64,000 nucleotides of DNA from Leptospiraceae bacterium (GTDB lineage Bacteria; Spirochaetota; Leptospiria; Leptospirales; Leptonemataceae): positions 416,001 through 480,000 of the forward strand of contig JAVJNR010000003.1 in NCBI GenBank assembly GCA_040217195.1. The letters are read 5' to 3'. Position numbers and translations under genes: made by a program. Below, piece by piece: positions 28,953 through 39,680 of this stretch (position 1 is its first letter; the number at the start of each line of letters is the position of its first letter). The notes below the pieces were generated by a model that saw only the letters and a list, made by a program, of their open reading frames with translations, ran no database searches and had not been told where the DNA came from.

Positions 28953-30593
28953 ATGGCGCAAATCCAGTATGAAAACTCCCAGACCATAGAGGCCGGTCCA
29001 GAAGATACAATTCTGGAAACCAGCCTGAAAAATGGCCTGGAACATATGCATGCCTGCGGTGGGAAGGCCCGTTGCTCAACCTGTCGTGTGCTGATCCTGG
29101 ACGGTCAGGAGAACCTGGAACCCAGAAATGAGCAGGAACGATCCCTGGCCAGGCGACGGGGACTGGAAAACAATGTACGCCTGGCTTGCCAGACTAAAGT
29201 CAAAGGTCCGGTTCACATTAGAAGACTGGTGCTGGACGATCAGGACTACGAATCGGTCCGGGACAGATCCGTAAGAACTACCGGTCGTGAAGAGAATGTA
29301 GCTATCCTGTTTAGCGATGTGCGAAACTTCACCAACTTTTCAGAGAAAAACCTCCCCTACGATATAATCCATCTATTGAACCGATACTTTGAAGCCATGG
29401 GAGAAGTGATTCTTTCCAACGGAGGCATTATAGATAAATACATAGGCGATGGACTGATGGCCAGTTTTGGTCTGAAAGAATCAGATCCGGTTTCAATTTG
29501 CGTTCGAGCAGTGAATGCAGGGTTGCAGATGCTGGAAAAGCTGGAAAAAGTAAATGAATATGCACGAAAACATCTGGACTATGAGCTAAAAATTGGTGTT
29601 GGAATTCATTACGGCTCCGTGGTTGTAGGCGAGCTGGGTCATCATAGCAATGCATCGTTCACTTTAATCGGGGACTCGGTAAACACCGCGGCAAGACTGG
29701 AATCCAAAACCAAACAGGCCAGAGCCCAGCTTCTGGTAAGCGAAGAAGTCTACAAAAATGTCCAGCCCTATGTGCAACGAGGCAGAGTATTTCGCGCACC
29801 ATTAAAAGGAAAGACCGGCGATTTCAAGATGTTCGAAATCGAGGCACTGGACCGAAACCGGGCCTGCGAACTGGTGGACCGGGTTTTTATGCTAACCCTG
29901 GAATCAACAGAAGTTCGAGCAAGAGGCAGCTATTTATTTCGCTTTGATCGTCCGGAGAATTTTCAATTCAAAGCAGGCCAATCCATTGAAGTTCGATTCC
30001 CCAGAGATTCAAGAACGGAAAGTCGAACCTTCTCCATCGCATCCGCCGAGCAGGATCCCTTTGTTGAAATGGTTACCAGAGATACCGGATCGGATTTTAA
30101 GAAACGGATGTTAGAAATGAAGCCTGGAGACCAGGTAATTGCTACATCTGCGGGAGGCCTTCTTACACTTCCAGAAAATCTGGAGGCTTCGCTTGTATTT
30201 CTCGCTGCAGGAATTGGTATTACCCCCCTTTACAGCATCATTCGGACTCTGCTGGCAAATAGGGAGAATGGTGCACAGGTTCCCGGAATGCTACTAATCA
30301 GTAGCAATAAGAATTATGATTCATTCCTCTTCCATAAAGAATTACTTCAGCTTTCCCAGACTCAAGGATTCTTCTATGTACCTACAGTTACCGGCGATCT
30401 TCCGGGGGACTGGAATGAAGAAGTGGGCAGAATTACCCCTGAAATGATACGTCGCCACCTGGTGGATGCGCAGAAAGCCCAGTATTTTATCGCAGGCCCC
30501 CCGGTGGCCGTTACCGATCTACGGGACACACTTACTTCCATGGGCATAGTAACTGGAAATATATTTACAGAAGAGTTCTACGGATATCAATGA
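28953..30593 (+). CDS. [2Fe-2S] ferredoxin - class III adenylyl cyclase - FAD/NAD(P)-binding FNR-like reductase fusion
   Basis: CGGKARCSTC...RLAC; LFSDVRNFT, DKYIGDGLM, FTLIGDSVNTAARLE; RTFSIAS, AAGIGITP, AGPP, EEF. Confidence 0.92.
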   Translation: MAQIQYENSQTIEAGPEDTILETSLKNGLEHMHACGGKARCSTCRVLILDGQENLEPRNEQERSLARRRGLENNVRLACQTKVKGPVHIRRLVLDDQDYESVRDRSVRTTGREENVAILFSDVRNFTNFSEKNLPYDIIHLLNRYFEAMGEVILSNGGIIDKYIGDGLMASFGLKESDPVSICVRAVNAGLQMLEKLEKVNEYARKHLDYELKIGVGIHYGSVVVGELGHHSNASFTLIGDSVNTAARLESKTKQARAQLLVSEEVYKNVQPYVQRGRVFRAPLKGKTGDFKMFEIEALDRNRACELVDRVFMLTLESTEVRARGSYLFRFDRPENFQFKAGQSIEVRFPRDSRTESRTFSIASAEQDPFVEMVTRDTGSDFKKRMLEMKPGDQVIATSAGGLLTLPENLEASLVFLAAGIGITPLYSIIRTLLANRENGAQVPGMLLISSNKNYDSFLFHKELLQLSQTQGFFYVPTVTGDLPGDWNEEVGRITPEMIRRHLVDAQKAQYFIAGPPVAVTDLRDTLTSMGIVTGNIFTEEFYGYQ

Positions 30594-30638
30594 ATCCTTA
30601 CTGGACCTCTACCAGACAGGCTATAGCCTGTCCTGCAA

Positions 30639-31817
30639 ATGATTCGGCAAACCACTGGTTCTCACATTAAGAGTCTTCTATTCAGGTTATCTAAGAGAAA
30701 TCCTCCATGGATCTCTGGCAGCTCCCAGGACCGAGGGTCTGGAATTGCAAGTTTCGGCGGAGTCAGGCCAGGTATCATTTTCACAGGAATCTGGCCGAAT
30801 CCTGTGGCACTGCCCATGGCATTCGCTCTTTCTTTCTTACTCTGTATAATGATTCTGCAGTCCACCGCTGCGCAGGCCAGCCCCGTATATTTCGAAGAGG
30901 TGGATTCCTGGCAGCCGGATACTGGGACGCAAGAGGCTATAGATAAAGCACATCAGCAAATTCGCGATGAGGCGGGACTATATGTATGCTTCATACTTGG
31001 TATGTACAACTTTGAAAATGAGCAGAAATACAGGAGTCTGGACCAGGAGCGCTGCGATGGATTTCTATTCATGCTGCCGGAGCGCATGGAGTATCATTCC
31101 AGAGATTTCGATTATGAGCATACAGGCCTGGGATTCGATGCCGCAGACGATGTCTGGGGCTCCAGTTATAAATTAAGCGAACTTGATTTTGTTCAGGATG
31201 CCAGACCCGACAATTTGCAGGCACTCCGAGTCAGGGCCTTTGCAGAACGATTAATACAGAAAAGCAATCATCCAAATTTTTACTGGCTTCGGGAGATTTA
31301 CGAAGAGGCCACAGAGGAGTATGTACTCCAGGCCTTATTAAACTATTCCATTGCCATGATCCTCGGACTGGTGCCGGTAACGATTTATCTGGTCTACAGA
31401 TTGCTTACCAGAAAGCTTTCCATTGGTTGGAAAGTGCATTTCCTGGTAGCAGTTTTATTACCATTGATTCTTCTGTTCGCTTATCTTCCGATTCTGGACA
31501 GTTTCTATGAACCATTAGAAAGCAATGCATATTCCCTGATGCCCATTCTAGGACTTGCTTACTCGTTCTGTGGATTCCTGGCCACTTTTCTGCTAGGACA
31601 AAGACTCCTGGGACTTTCAGATAAGCCTCCGTACTGGGCCATTTTCTTGATCTATTTACTGGCTCCTATTGCTCTACTAGCAGCGGGTGCAGCCAAAGGT
31701 GCCATTGCTTCGGCAGCAACCGGCGGCTCAAGTGGCAGTTCCGGAAAGGGTTCTGGAGGTGACCTTAAAGGAGGGGGAGGAACCTTTGGAGGTGGAGGCG
31801 CCAGCGGCGGATGGTAA
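30639..31817 (+). CDS. TPM/DUF477-like membrane protein with a Gly-rich tail (start possibly 30816)
   Basis: C-terminal GGGGTFGGGGASGGW hallmark, exported N-domain, four TM helices. Confidence 0.6.
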   Translation: MIRQTTGSHIKSLLFRLSKRNPPWISGSSQDRGSGIASFGGVRPGIIFTGIWPNPVALPMAFALSFLLCIMILQSTAAQASPVYFEEVDSWQPDTGTQEAIDKAHQQIRDEAGLYVCFILGMYNFENEQKYRSLDQERCDGFLFMLPERMEYHSRDFDYEHTGLGFDAADDVWGSSYKLSELDFVQDARPDNLQALRVRAFAERLIQKSNHPNFYWLREIYEEATEEYVLQALLNYSIAMILGLVPVTIYLVYRLLTRKLSIGWKVHFLVAVLLPLILLFAYLPILDSFYEPLESNAYSLMPILGLAYSFCGFLATFLLGQRLLGLSDKPPYWAIFLIYLLAPIALLAAGAAKGAIASAATGGSSGSSGKGSGGDLKGGGGTFGGGGASGGW

Positions 31818-31863
31818 TTCGCCGCGAAGATGTCTGCGTATCCCATCGCTTTTATTCCGATCA

Positions 31864-32853
31864 TCAGATAAACAGCGAATGCATCAACGGAAGTGTTATG
31901 AATGAAATGGGAATACCAAGCCCGAGCATCAGTCCTGCCAGATCCGGGTCCATATCATATTCAATGCAAAGTATGCCAGCTGTAATCATGGGAGGCATGG
32001 CAGCCTCAAAAATTGTTACCTGAAATGCAGCGGGCAATGTACCCAGTATGGGTCCCTCCAGAACCAAACCGTTATGCAGCAGGCCTCCATTCACTGCCAG
32101 AGCCAGAATGGCCACCAGCGCCGGGCTGAGCAGCAGACGAAAAATCAGTCCCCAGGTCAGGTGTTTTAGTCTACCGGAGATAAATGTAAAGCGAATCTGG
32201 AATCCCACTGCAACCATGGCCACAGGAGTTAGAGTGGAGCCAATCGAAGTTAGCACCTCTCGCATAATATGGTTGTAATCCAACCAGCGAAGAACAAGAG
32301 CCACAATTAGAGCAATAAAAGGCGGAAAGGTAATGATCCTGGTTAGAACAGACTGTAATCGGTTTTTCTGGGCCGTCTGGCCAGAATCGCTGGAGAAGCC
32401 AGAATCACCAGAACGACTGGATTCGAAAATTAGATAGAGGATACCGGAGGTGGAAAGACAGAGAAAACTTCCAGCCTGGTCAATGAGTATGCCTGTGCCC
32501 ACATGCGCCTGACCAAAGAATGCCTGAATCATTGGAATGCCAACAAAAGATGTATTTCCCAGACCAGCGGTAAGTGTAAGACAAACGATGGTTCGTTTAT
32601 CCCAGGCCAGCCAGGTTCCCAATAGGCGAAAAACAATAAAGGAAACTGCGAATACTCCATGGGGCATCAAGGCAGCAAATAGCAACGATGAATCAAAACT
32701 CAGATCATGCACATGAAGCAATACCAGAGCTGGTAGAGCCACATAGATGATATAAGTGCCCAGCACTTTTGCCCCTTCTTCAGGCATCAAATCGGCTCGC
32801 CGCAAGAACATGCCTGCGAGAAAGCAAATACCGATTATCCATAGAGCTGACAT
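31864..32853 (-). CDS. AEC (auxin efflux carrier) family transporter
   Basis: YVALPAL, GNTSFVGIP, EAAMPP; about ten TM helices. Confidence 0.9.
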   Translation of the reverse strand: MSALWIIGICFLAGMFLRRADLMPEEGAKVLGTYIIYVALPALVLLHVHDLSFDSSLLFAALMPHGVFAVSFIVFRLLGTWLAWDKRTIVCLTLTAGLGNTSFVGIPMIQAFFGQAHVGTGILIDQAGSFLCLSTSGILYLIFESSRSGDSGFSSDSGQTAQKNRLQSVLTRIITFPPFIALIVALVLRWLDYNHIMREVLTSIGSTLTPVAMVAVGFQIRFTFISGRLKHLTWGLIFRLLLSPALVAILALAVNGGLLHNGLVLEGPILGTLPAAFQVTIFEAAMPPMITAGILCIEYDMDPDLAGLMLGLGIPISFITLPLMHSLFI

Positions 32854-32883
32854 GATTCTAGTTTAATGCAGGATTCGCAGAAC

Positions 32884-33960
32884 TCAACCGTCCGGGTAAA
32901 GATCTGCCTGTATACTTCCTTGCACTGAAATATCTCCTTTGATTCGTCTCCAGAGAAGATCGATGGTTGCAGCCCTTCCTTCCACCACCGGGCGGAATTG
33001 TTTGAATCCAGAATAGTGCCCCGGCCGGCCTTCCTCTTCAAAAAGCTGGAATCTAAATATATAATTTCCTCGGTCAGTCAAATAGCCGTCGCTACGACCA
33101 AAGCGAAGATCATGAAAAAATAATCGGCCTTCTGCATCTCGTTCCACTCGATAGAAACCTCTGGAAAACCAGAGCAATCTGTCCAGGTACCTATCTTTAC
33201 TCTCAATTCCATCTAAGATCAATGAACGGCGCCTTGGAATCTGCAACCATTGTATATTGTGCTCCGGGTCCATAAGTCCATACATCGCAACATAAACATA
33301 CTCATCATTGCGTGCCATACCCATCCAGAGTACGGAATTGAGAGCCGTAGGATTTGATAGGAATGCGTCGTAATGAATACCCTGATTCTCAAGAGAAGAC
33401 CTAAATCGCAAATCCACCTGGTACTTGGCGATTTGCCCCCAGGCCAGATACAGGGTTGAAAAAATCAATCCTGCCATTACGAATCTGCGGGACCAGACAG
33501 ATTGACGAGACAGAAACAGGGCTACCACCAGGCCAATGAGTAAAGGAACAGTGTAGAGAGGGTCTATGATAAATATCGAATTCCAGGCAAAAGGATGATT
33601 ACTGATTGGATTGAAAAGCTGAGTACCATATACCGTAAATGCATCCAGGAGAGCATGAGTAAACAGAGCCAGAAATGTAAACAGGAACCAGCGCCTGAAG
33701 GATATCTTATACTTTGCATGCAGCCTGACCAGGGCGTAGGCAATGATGGCTCCGCCTCCCAGGGCAAAGAAAACGGAATGGGAAAATCCACGATGCAATG
33801 CCAGTTGGGCGTAATCGCTGAGGAAAGGACTGCTTAAAACATCCAGGTCGGGCAATGTACCCAGAGCAGCCCCATAGGCCGCTGCCTTGCGTCCCACAGA
33901 GCGACCAAGAGTAGCTTCTCCGATGGCCGCTCCAAGGGTTAGCTGCGTAATGGAATCCAT
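32884..33960 (-). CDS. Metal-dependent membrane hydrolase (YdjM-like)
   Basis: MDSITQ, LPDLD, HRGFSHS, HALLD, IFIIDP. Confidence 0.9.
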   Translation of the reverse strand: MDSITQLTLGAAIGEATLGRSVGRKAAAYGAALGTLPDLDVLSSPFLSDYAQLALHRGFSHSVFFALGGGAIIAYALVRLHAKYKISFRRWFLFTFLALFTHALLDAFTVYGTQLFNPISNHPFAWNSIFIIDPLYTVPLLIGLVVALFLSRQSVWSRRFVMAGLIFSTLYLAWGQIAKYQVDLRFRSSLENQGIHYDAFLSNPTALNSVLWMGMARNDEYVYVAMYGLMDPEHNIQWLQIPRRRSLILDGIESKDRYLDRLLWFSRGFYRVERDAEGRLFFHDLRFGRSDGYLTDRGNYIFRFQLFEEEGRPGHYSGFKQFRPVVEGRAATIDLLWRRIKGDISVQGSIQADLYPDG

Positions 33961-34054
33961 GATCCAGGGTCCCTTCCGGCGTTTAGCAGACAACCCATTT
34001 GCCCTTGAATCTTAACTGAATACTGCCCTGGACAAAAATACTGCAGACTTACCG

Positions 34055-35314
34055 GTGGAATTAGAATGGACGGCAACAGCTCATTTACAATGTCTTTTTA
34101 GAGTGGAAGATCCAATCACCATTCTTTATCCTTCGTCCGGTCTGGCCCTGGCTTTTTTTCTTTGTACCATAATTTGTGCACTTACCGTTATATCTATCTG
34201 GGTACTGTGGATTTTCAGGCGAGACAATTACCTGCTGCTGTCTATGCTAGTTACCGTTTCTATGGGGCCGCTAATTGTTGCATCGTTGATAGATGGAAGA
34301 AAGGCCAGCGAAGAGAACTCCAGTGACTCAAGACTTCAAATAGAAAAAGGCAGGATACAGTTTTTCACAGATGGAATATCCACCGGCTACACTTCCACCG
34401 AAGTCAGTCATTTTCAACTTGAGACGGAGCAAACAGACAACGGCTTCAATTCCACAATCTCATTACATCTTTCCAATGGACCATCGTTCAGGTTACAGGA
34501 GGTATTCGCAGAGAGCCCTTTTTCGAATATCTGGGCTCCCCTGCAGGACTACAGGCGAAAGCTCAACCTACCTGTTTTGGACACTGGACTTGTACTGGAT
34601 ACAGAGAAGAATGCATTACTCCGATCTGCGAATAATCCTTATTCCCGGGCCAGAAATGAAAACAGAACCACCAGGAATATTTTTCAAGATTCTGATTATC
34701 CATCGGCATCTCGTTTGACTGCGAACAATCAGGGAATGCGAATTCAGTATTCCCTGCAGGAAAGAACTTTGAGCAGATTCGCTTTAATATGGTTTCTTAT
34801 ATGCTTGCTTCTGACATTCCTATTTTTTTCGGTCAGCGAATTTAAAAGTCACGGAATGGATGCAATTCGAAAACCGTCTCCGTGGCTGGCCTTGATTCTC
34901 ATCCCATTGATCTGGTGGTTGATTCCGAGCTCACCTTCCGGGGCCGTTGAACTGGCCATCAATCGAAAGGGCCTTACAATGGAGCATAAGACGGATAGCT
35001 TAATGATTTCATTTCATGAAGTGGAATACGTTCGATGCGAAGTACCAGGAACTGGCATTATTCTCTATAGAGATAACCCAGAAAGAATACTCTGGTCAGA
35101 AATCCAGAAGCTTTTCCCTGAAGGGCCTGTTGCCCGATCGGAAGGTCCGGCACTGGTAGCCCTCCTGGAATCCGGTTATCGCTCTTCCAGAGAAGCGCTG
35201 TCCCTGTACCAAAGTTCTTTTCCCATTGATACAGGAACATTGAGTCCCGTTGAGCGACTAAAACTATGCGACCTCATGGGCCATCTGGCTCATGAGGTCA
35301 GACCGGTCTGGTAA
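34055..35314 (+). CDS. Hypothetical membrane protein (two units of TM pair plus soluble domain)
   Basis: 419 aa ORF with two hydrophobic hairpins, each followed by a beta-rich domain. Confidence 0.6.
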   Translation: MELEWTATAHLQCLFRVEDPITILYPSSGLALAFFLCTIICALTVISIWVLWIFRRDNYLLLSMLVTVSMGPLIVASLIDGRKASEENSSDSRLQIEKGRIQFFTDGISTGYTSTEVSHFQLETEQTDNGFNSTISLHLSNGPSFRLQEVFAESPFSNIWAPLQDYRRKLNLPVLDTGLVLDTEKNALLRSANNPYSRARNENRTTRNIFQDSDYPSASRLTANNQGMRIQYSLQERTLSRFALIWFLICLLLTFLFFSVSEFKSHGMDAIRKPSPWLALILIPLIWWLIPSSPSGAVELAINRKGLTMEHKTDSLMISFHEVEYVRCEVPGTGIILYRDNPERILWSEIQKLFPEGPVARSEGPALVALLESGYRSSREALSLYQSSFPIDTGTLSPVERLKLCDLMGHLAHEVRPVW

Positions 35315-35319
35315 CGCTC

Positions 35320-35595
35320 TTAGTTCCTGCGAATAAACATACTTACAATGGATGTAATCAGGGTGCCCACCATGCCAAAGATCATGGCAAACATGGTCTG
35401 CTTTTTAATATCCTTCATCATATCATCCTGCATTGACTGAGGATTACCCTGGGCCTGCTGAGCGTAAGGCTGCTGCGCATTAGGTTGCTGTCCCTGCTGC
35501 CCTGCCATAAACGTTTGCTTTTGTTCTGGAGTTAATTTATTCCACGTTTCTGCATCGAAACCGGCTGGAATTTGCTCCGGGGAATTTTGATTCAT
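35320..35595 (-). CDS. Small Gln-rich protein with a C-terminal TM helix
   Basis: GGAGGAG RBS, Q-rich core, hydrophobic C-terminus. Confidence 0.75.
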   Translation of the reverse strand: MNQNSPEQIPAGFDAETWNKLTPEQKQTFMAGQQGQQPNAQQPYAQQAQGNPQSMQDDMMKDIKKQTMFAMIFGMVGTLITSIVSMFIRRN

Positions 35596-35754
35596 TGCTC
35601 TCCTCCGCTACTTAATCGGACAATTATCCCCTAATTGTGCACGGCCCTGATTATGGAGAGAACCTGAGCCCTGGCAAGGGTTTTTATGGCCCGTTTCTTG
35701 AACAACGAAGCTTTTCCTTTCGCTTCCCTTCTCCGCAAGAAGGGGAAAATCTGA

Positions 35755-36372
35755 TTGCTTAGGAACCGGGCCACTGCACTTCCCTGTATGCAAAAGATTT
35801 CCGGGATTTCAGGCAATCCAGCGAACAAGTCTTACCTACTATGCATTTCCCTGGCCGTTTTTTACATTCTAGCCTGTGAAAGAGCTCCGGACCTGGAGAA
35901 AACCCATTCCTTCAGTAAACTGGGAATTGAGTTCAAGTATCCAGGAAACTGGTCCATTATGGAAGATGAAATCACCGGTGCAGGCCGGTACATACTAATT
36001 CGCACAACAGGCGATGGTATTACCATGATTCAGTATTTTCGAAGACCGCAGTTTGATACATTGCAGGATTTTGCGGGCTTCATGACAGAACTCTACTCCC
36101 AGGAATTTCAGGAAGGAGCCGTACAGGACATTGATTACCAGAAAATCGATGGTACGCTGGGCCCGGACAATGTTTCCGGCCTGCGTGAAACCCATAGCTT
36201 GAACGCCGCTGGCCAGACACTGGTAGTTGTTCGAGAATTCTTTCGCATGTCTGCGGGCAGCCGATGGATCTATATAACTCACCATATTCCCAGAGAGGAT
36301 TACCAGCAGGTAAGACCTGGATTCGATCTGATAAGATCGAGTATGAAGGTAGATGAAAATAACCTTTTCTAG
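35755..36372 (+). CDS. PsbP/DcrB-like lipoprotein
   Basis: ILAC lipobox, FKYPGNW motif, C-terminal FDLIRSSMKV. Confidence 0.6.
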   Translation: MLRNRATALPCMQKISGISGNPANKSYLLCISLAVFYILACERAPDLEKTHSFSKLGIEFKYPGNWSIMEDEITGAGRYILIRTTGDGITMIQYFRRPQFDTLQDFAGFMTELYSQEFQEGAVQDIDYQKIDGTLGPDNVSGLRETHSLNAAGQTLVVVREFFRMSAGSRWIYITHHIPREDYQQVRPGFDLIRSSMKVDENNLF

Positions 36373-36586
36373 CCAGATTTGCCCGCTTTGAAAGGCTAGC
36401 TGGATTGTGAGAATAGAATTGTAACTGATTTCAGAGGCCGGGTTGCGGTGAGATAATTCAGTGCCGGGTTCTTGCTAAATCAGGGCGCGATTCTTCAAGT
36501 CTCATGCCCATTGCGACTTCCCTGAGACCGAAAAAAGCAACCAATATCTGCTTGGCCCCATGCAGGGTCCATTCCATGCTGTAACC

Positions 36587-37048
36587 ATGAAATACTGTTT
36601 ACCACTATTGGCTTTCACCCTTCTTTTGAGCTGCAAGGGAGCTGCAAATCCAGAACTTCTAAAGGGTACAGAATGGCTTTGCGTGGACACAGTGGATCCG
36701 GCGGATGAAGGTAAACTGAAATATCCGGATAAATCCAACCCTCCCGAGGATGCTTTCCGAGAAGTTTACAGCGAAGATGGCCATTATCTAGTTTTTGATA
36801 TGGCCAGTGGAGAATCCCTCCTGGGCGAAGGAGTTGCTAAAGCTCGGTACATTCTGGAGAAATCCGAAAAAGGGGACCTGGTTTTAAGCGTGGATCTATT
36901 CGTTGAAGACGGAAAGTGGACGTCGCAAGAGGAACGAATTCCTTACATTATCAAAGAGCTAACGGAATCCAATTTCCATTCCGTGGCCGATGAGTTGGAT
37001 TACGGAGAAAGGTATTTTAACGAATCCAAGTGCGTTCGGCTGAATTGA
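36587..37048 (+). CDS. Hypothetical lipoprotein (lipocalin-like)
   Basis: MKYCLPLLAFTLLLSC; LLKGTEW..; YIIKELTE. Confidence 0.6.
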   Translation: MKYCLPLLAFTLLLSCKGAANPELLKGTEWLCVDTVDPADEGKLKYPDKSNPPEDAFREVYSEDGHYLVFDMASGESLLGEGVAKARYILEKSEKGDLVLSVDLFVEDGKWTSQEERIPYIIKELTESNFHSVADELDYGERYFNESKCVRLN

Positions 37049-37118
37049 TTGAATGAAAGAAACAATGAAGTGAATTCGGATTAGCAAAAAACCGACCAAC
37101 AGGAGAATTTAAGACAAT

Positions 37119-38360
37119 ATGATACAGAGCGTAACCCCATTCGATATTCAGAAGATCAATGGATTGAAATTACTCCATATTGAAAACACCAGCTTTCTTA
37201 CAAACATTCAGATTCTGACAAGAGTGGGATCCTGCGCAGAGCATCCATCGCAGTGGGGTCTGGCACATATTCTTGAACATATGTTTTTTAAAGGTTCCAG
37301 CAAACGCCCGGGCGGAACCTCTATTTCCAGGGCCGCCAACGATATAGGCGGCAAGATGAATGCGTATACCACCTATGATCATACGGCCTATTATATTACC
37401 GTTCTAAATGATCGATTTGAAGAGGGATTCGATATACTGGCAGACATGTATCGGAATCCACTTTTTCCGGCGGACGAATTCAAAAAAGAGCTCAATCCCA
37501 TTCTAAGCGAATACAGGGAAAGGGAAGATGATCCAGATAGCTTTCTTGTGGAAAGAGCCCTTCAAATGTATCTGGGGGAGGCCTACCATCCGATCATTGG
37601 CACCGAGGAAACCATTCGCGGCGCTACAGTAGAGAAGATGCATGACTTCAAAAACAGATTCTACGGCGGCAACAATACACTTATTTCTGTGGCCGGTGGT
37701 GTAAGTCAGGATCGCATTGAATCTGCTTTGAAATCTGCTTTTCCTTTTAGCGATGAAACCGAAGATCCAGAGATCAAGGAATCAACCTATACAGCAGGGG
37801 AACTGACCCTGACCAAACCTGGAATTTCAGAAGCTTACTTCACCCTCTTCTATCCTGCACTTCCGCCCAATCATCCAGAACGATTCAAGCAGGACTTTAT
37901 GAATTATGTTCTCGGTGGCAACGACTCCGGTCTTCTTTTCGAGCGAATTCGCGAGGAACTTGGAATGTCTTGCTACGGTATTTATTCATTTGCCATGCGA
38001 AATGATCCCCATTCTGTTCTGGGCATTTCCTGTGGAATAGCACCGGATGAACTGGATCAGCTAGAAAGCGAAGTAAACACTATTGTTGATCGCATCTGTA
38101 CAGAATTGGTGGAAGAGGATCGAGTCAATCGGGCTCGTGCAAGTATTCGAACTTCCATTGCTGCTCGATCAGAAACCAGCACCGGGTTGAACACAATGAT
38201 GTCCGTTCCTATATTAAGAGGGGAAACGGAAGACCCAGTTCAAAAAGCGCTGAGTGAGATGGAACAGGTCACTCTGGAAGACATTAGAGAAATGGCAGCC
38301 AGAACATTTTCTGGTCCCAGGTTCAAAGCAATTCTCTTGCCGGAGAATAAAGACAAGTAA
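37119..38360 (+). CDS. M16 family zinc peptidase
   Basis: GLAHILEHMFFKG (HXXEH), NAYT, LFERIREELG. Confidence 0.95.
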   Translation: MIQSVTPFDIQKINGLKLLHIENTSFLTNIQILTRVGSCAEHPSQWGLAHILEHMFFKGSSKRPGGTSISRAANDIGGKMNAYTTYDHTAYYITVLNDRFEEGFDILADMYRNPLFPADEFKKELNPILSEYREREDDPDSFLVERALQMYLGEAYHPIIGTEETIRGATVEKMHDFKNRFYGGNNTLISVAGGVSQDRIESALKSAFPFSDETEDPEIKESTYTAGELTLTKPGISEAYFTLFYPALPPNHPERFKQDFMNYVLGGNDSGLLFERIREELGMSCYGIYSFAMRNDPHSVLGISCGIAPDELDQLESEVNTIVDRICTELVEEDRVNRARASIRTSIAARSETSTGLNTMMSVPILRGETEDPVQKALSEMEQVTLEDIREMAARTFSGPRFKAILLPENKDK

Positions 38361-38373
38361 ACCGGAGATATAT

Positions 38374-39498
38374 ATGGGCAAATACCTGGACCAAAACCAA
38401 GCTGTGGAACTGCTACAGAACGGCCAATGCGTGGCATTACCCACAGAAACTGTGTACGGCCTGGCCTGTAACGCTCTGGATGAATCGGCGCTCAAGCAAC
38501 TCTATTTAATTAAAGGCCGCCCGGCTCGCAACCCGGTCATCTGCCATGTTTCTTCGCCAGAAATGGCCTTCCGCTATGGAAAGGAAACGGCTCTTGCACG
38601 AAGGCTCATGACTCAATACTGGCCCGGCCCGCTTACCATACTTCTGGAGCATGAAGGCAGAGTGCCTTCCGCGATTACGGCGGGCTCCCCCCTCTGCGGG
38701 TTTCGCATGCCAGACCATGAAACTACGTTGCAAATAATTGAGCAATGCAACATCCCGCTGGCCATTCCATCGGCCAATAAATCAGGGAAGACCAGTCCAA
38801 CCACGGCCAATATGGTTCTGGCCCAACTGGAAGGAGAAATTCCTGGCGTGGTCGACGGAGGTCAATGCAGGATTGGCCTGGAATCCACTGTTCTAAAGTT
38901 AGAGGGCGAAGAGCTAGTCATTCTTCGACCGGGGACCATAGACGAAGATCGATTGGAGGCTGATGGTTTCACGGTAAGAAGGCCCGGTACGCGAAGTACA
39001 GCCCGAACCGGACAGAGAACAACTGCAATGGAAAAGAATGGATCCGATTCACCGGACGCTACTGCCAGAAGAGCTACAGCCGTAGCCAGCCCTGAGAAGG
39101 AATCCCTGGAGTCTCCTGGATTACTTCCGGTTCATTATCAGCCAGAGGTTGATATGTATCTAATTGAGGAAGTAGTGGAGAATCAACTGAATCCCGGGTT
39201 TCCCCATGCCTCCTATGAAACGGTGGCTGTATTGAATTTGAATCCGCAACCGATTCGTCTGGCCGATATTCTTCCACGCAGGCTTTGCGAGAATGCAATA
39301 CTCAGACACCGGGCCGATTCGCAGCAAGCATCCAGGGAACTCTACAGAGATCTCTATGAGCTGAGCCGCAATTCAGACGTTCTGGTAGTTCATGCAGGCA
39401 CTTCCTGCAGCAAAGCTATGATGGACCGGTTGCAGCGAGCGGCCACCGGTATCTATCGCAACGGAAAATGGCAATTTCGCAGAAGCCAGCCTGAATAG
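38374..39498 (+). CDS. sua5: Threonylcarbamoyl-AMP synthase (Sua5/TsaC2)
   Basis: PTETVYGL, KGRP..NP, PSANKSG, GLEST, SPGLLPVHY. Confidence 0.93.
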   Translation: MGKYLDQNQAVELLQNGQCVALPTETVYGLACNALDESALKQLYLIKGRPARNPVICHVSSPEMAFRYGKETALARRLMTQYWPGPLTILLEHEGRVPSAITAGSPLCGFRMPDHETTLQIIEQCNIPLAIPSANKSGKTSPTTANMVLAQLEGEIPGVVDGGQCRIGLESTVLKLEGEELVILRPGTIDEDRLEADGFTVRRPGTRSTARTGQRTTAMEKNGSDSPDATARRATAVASPEKESLESPGLLPVHYQPEVDMYLIEEVVENQLNPGFPHASYETVAVLNLNPQPIRLADILPRRLCENAILRHRADSQQASRELYRDLYELSRNSDVLVVHAGTSCSKAMMDRLQRAATGIYRNGKWQFRRSQPE

Positions 39499-39680
39499 AT
39501 CCGTCTGGCGTAAACCCCGGCCCGGACCAGTGCATGCATTGATGCTGGATTGTTTACCGTGCTGCTTCAGTAGGCCGGGCCCTTACAGCGCAGAAACGAA
39601 GCTCGAGTCCGGAGTTCAAGGGCCAACCTGCTGATCTCAAATTGGATTGACAATACGACATAATCCCTCTCTGCTCTACC

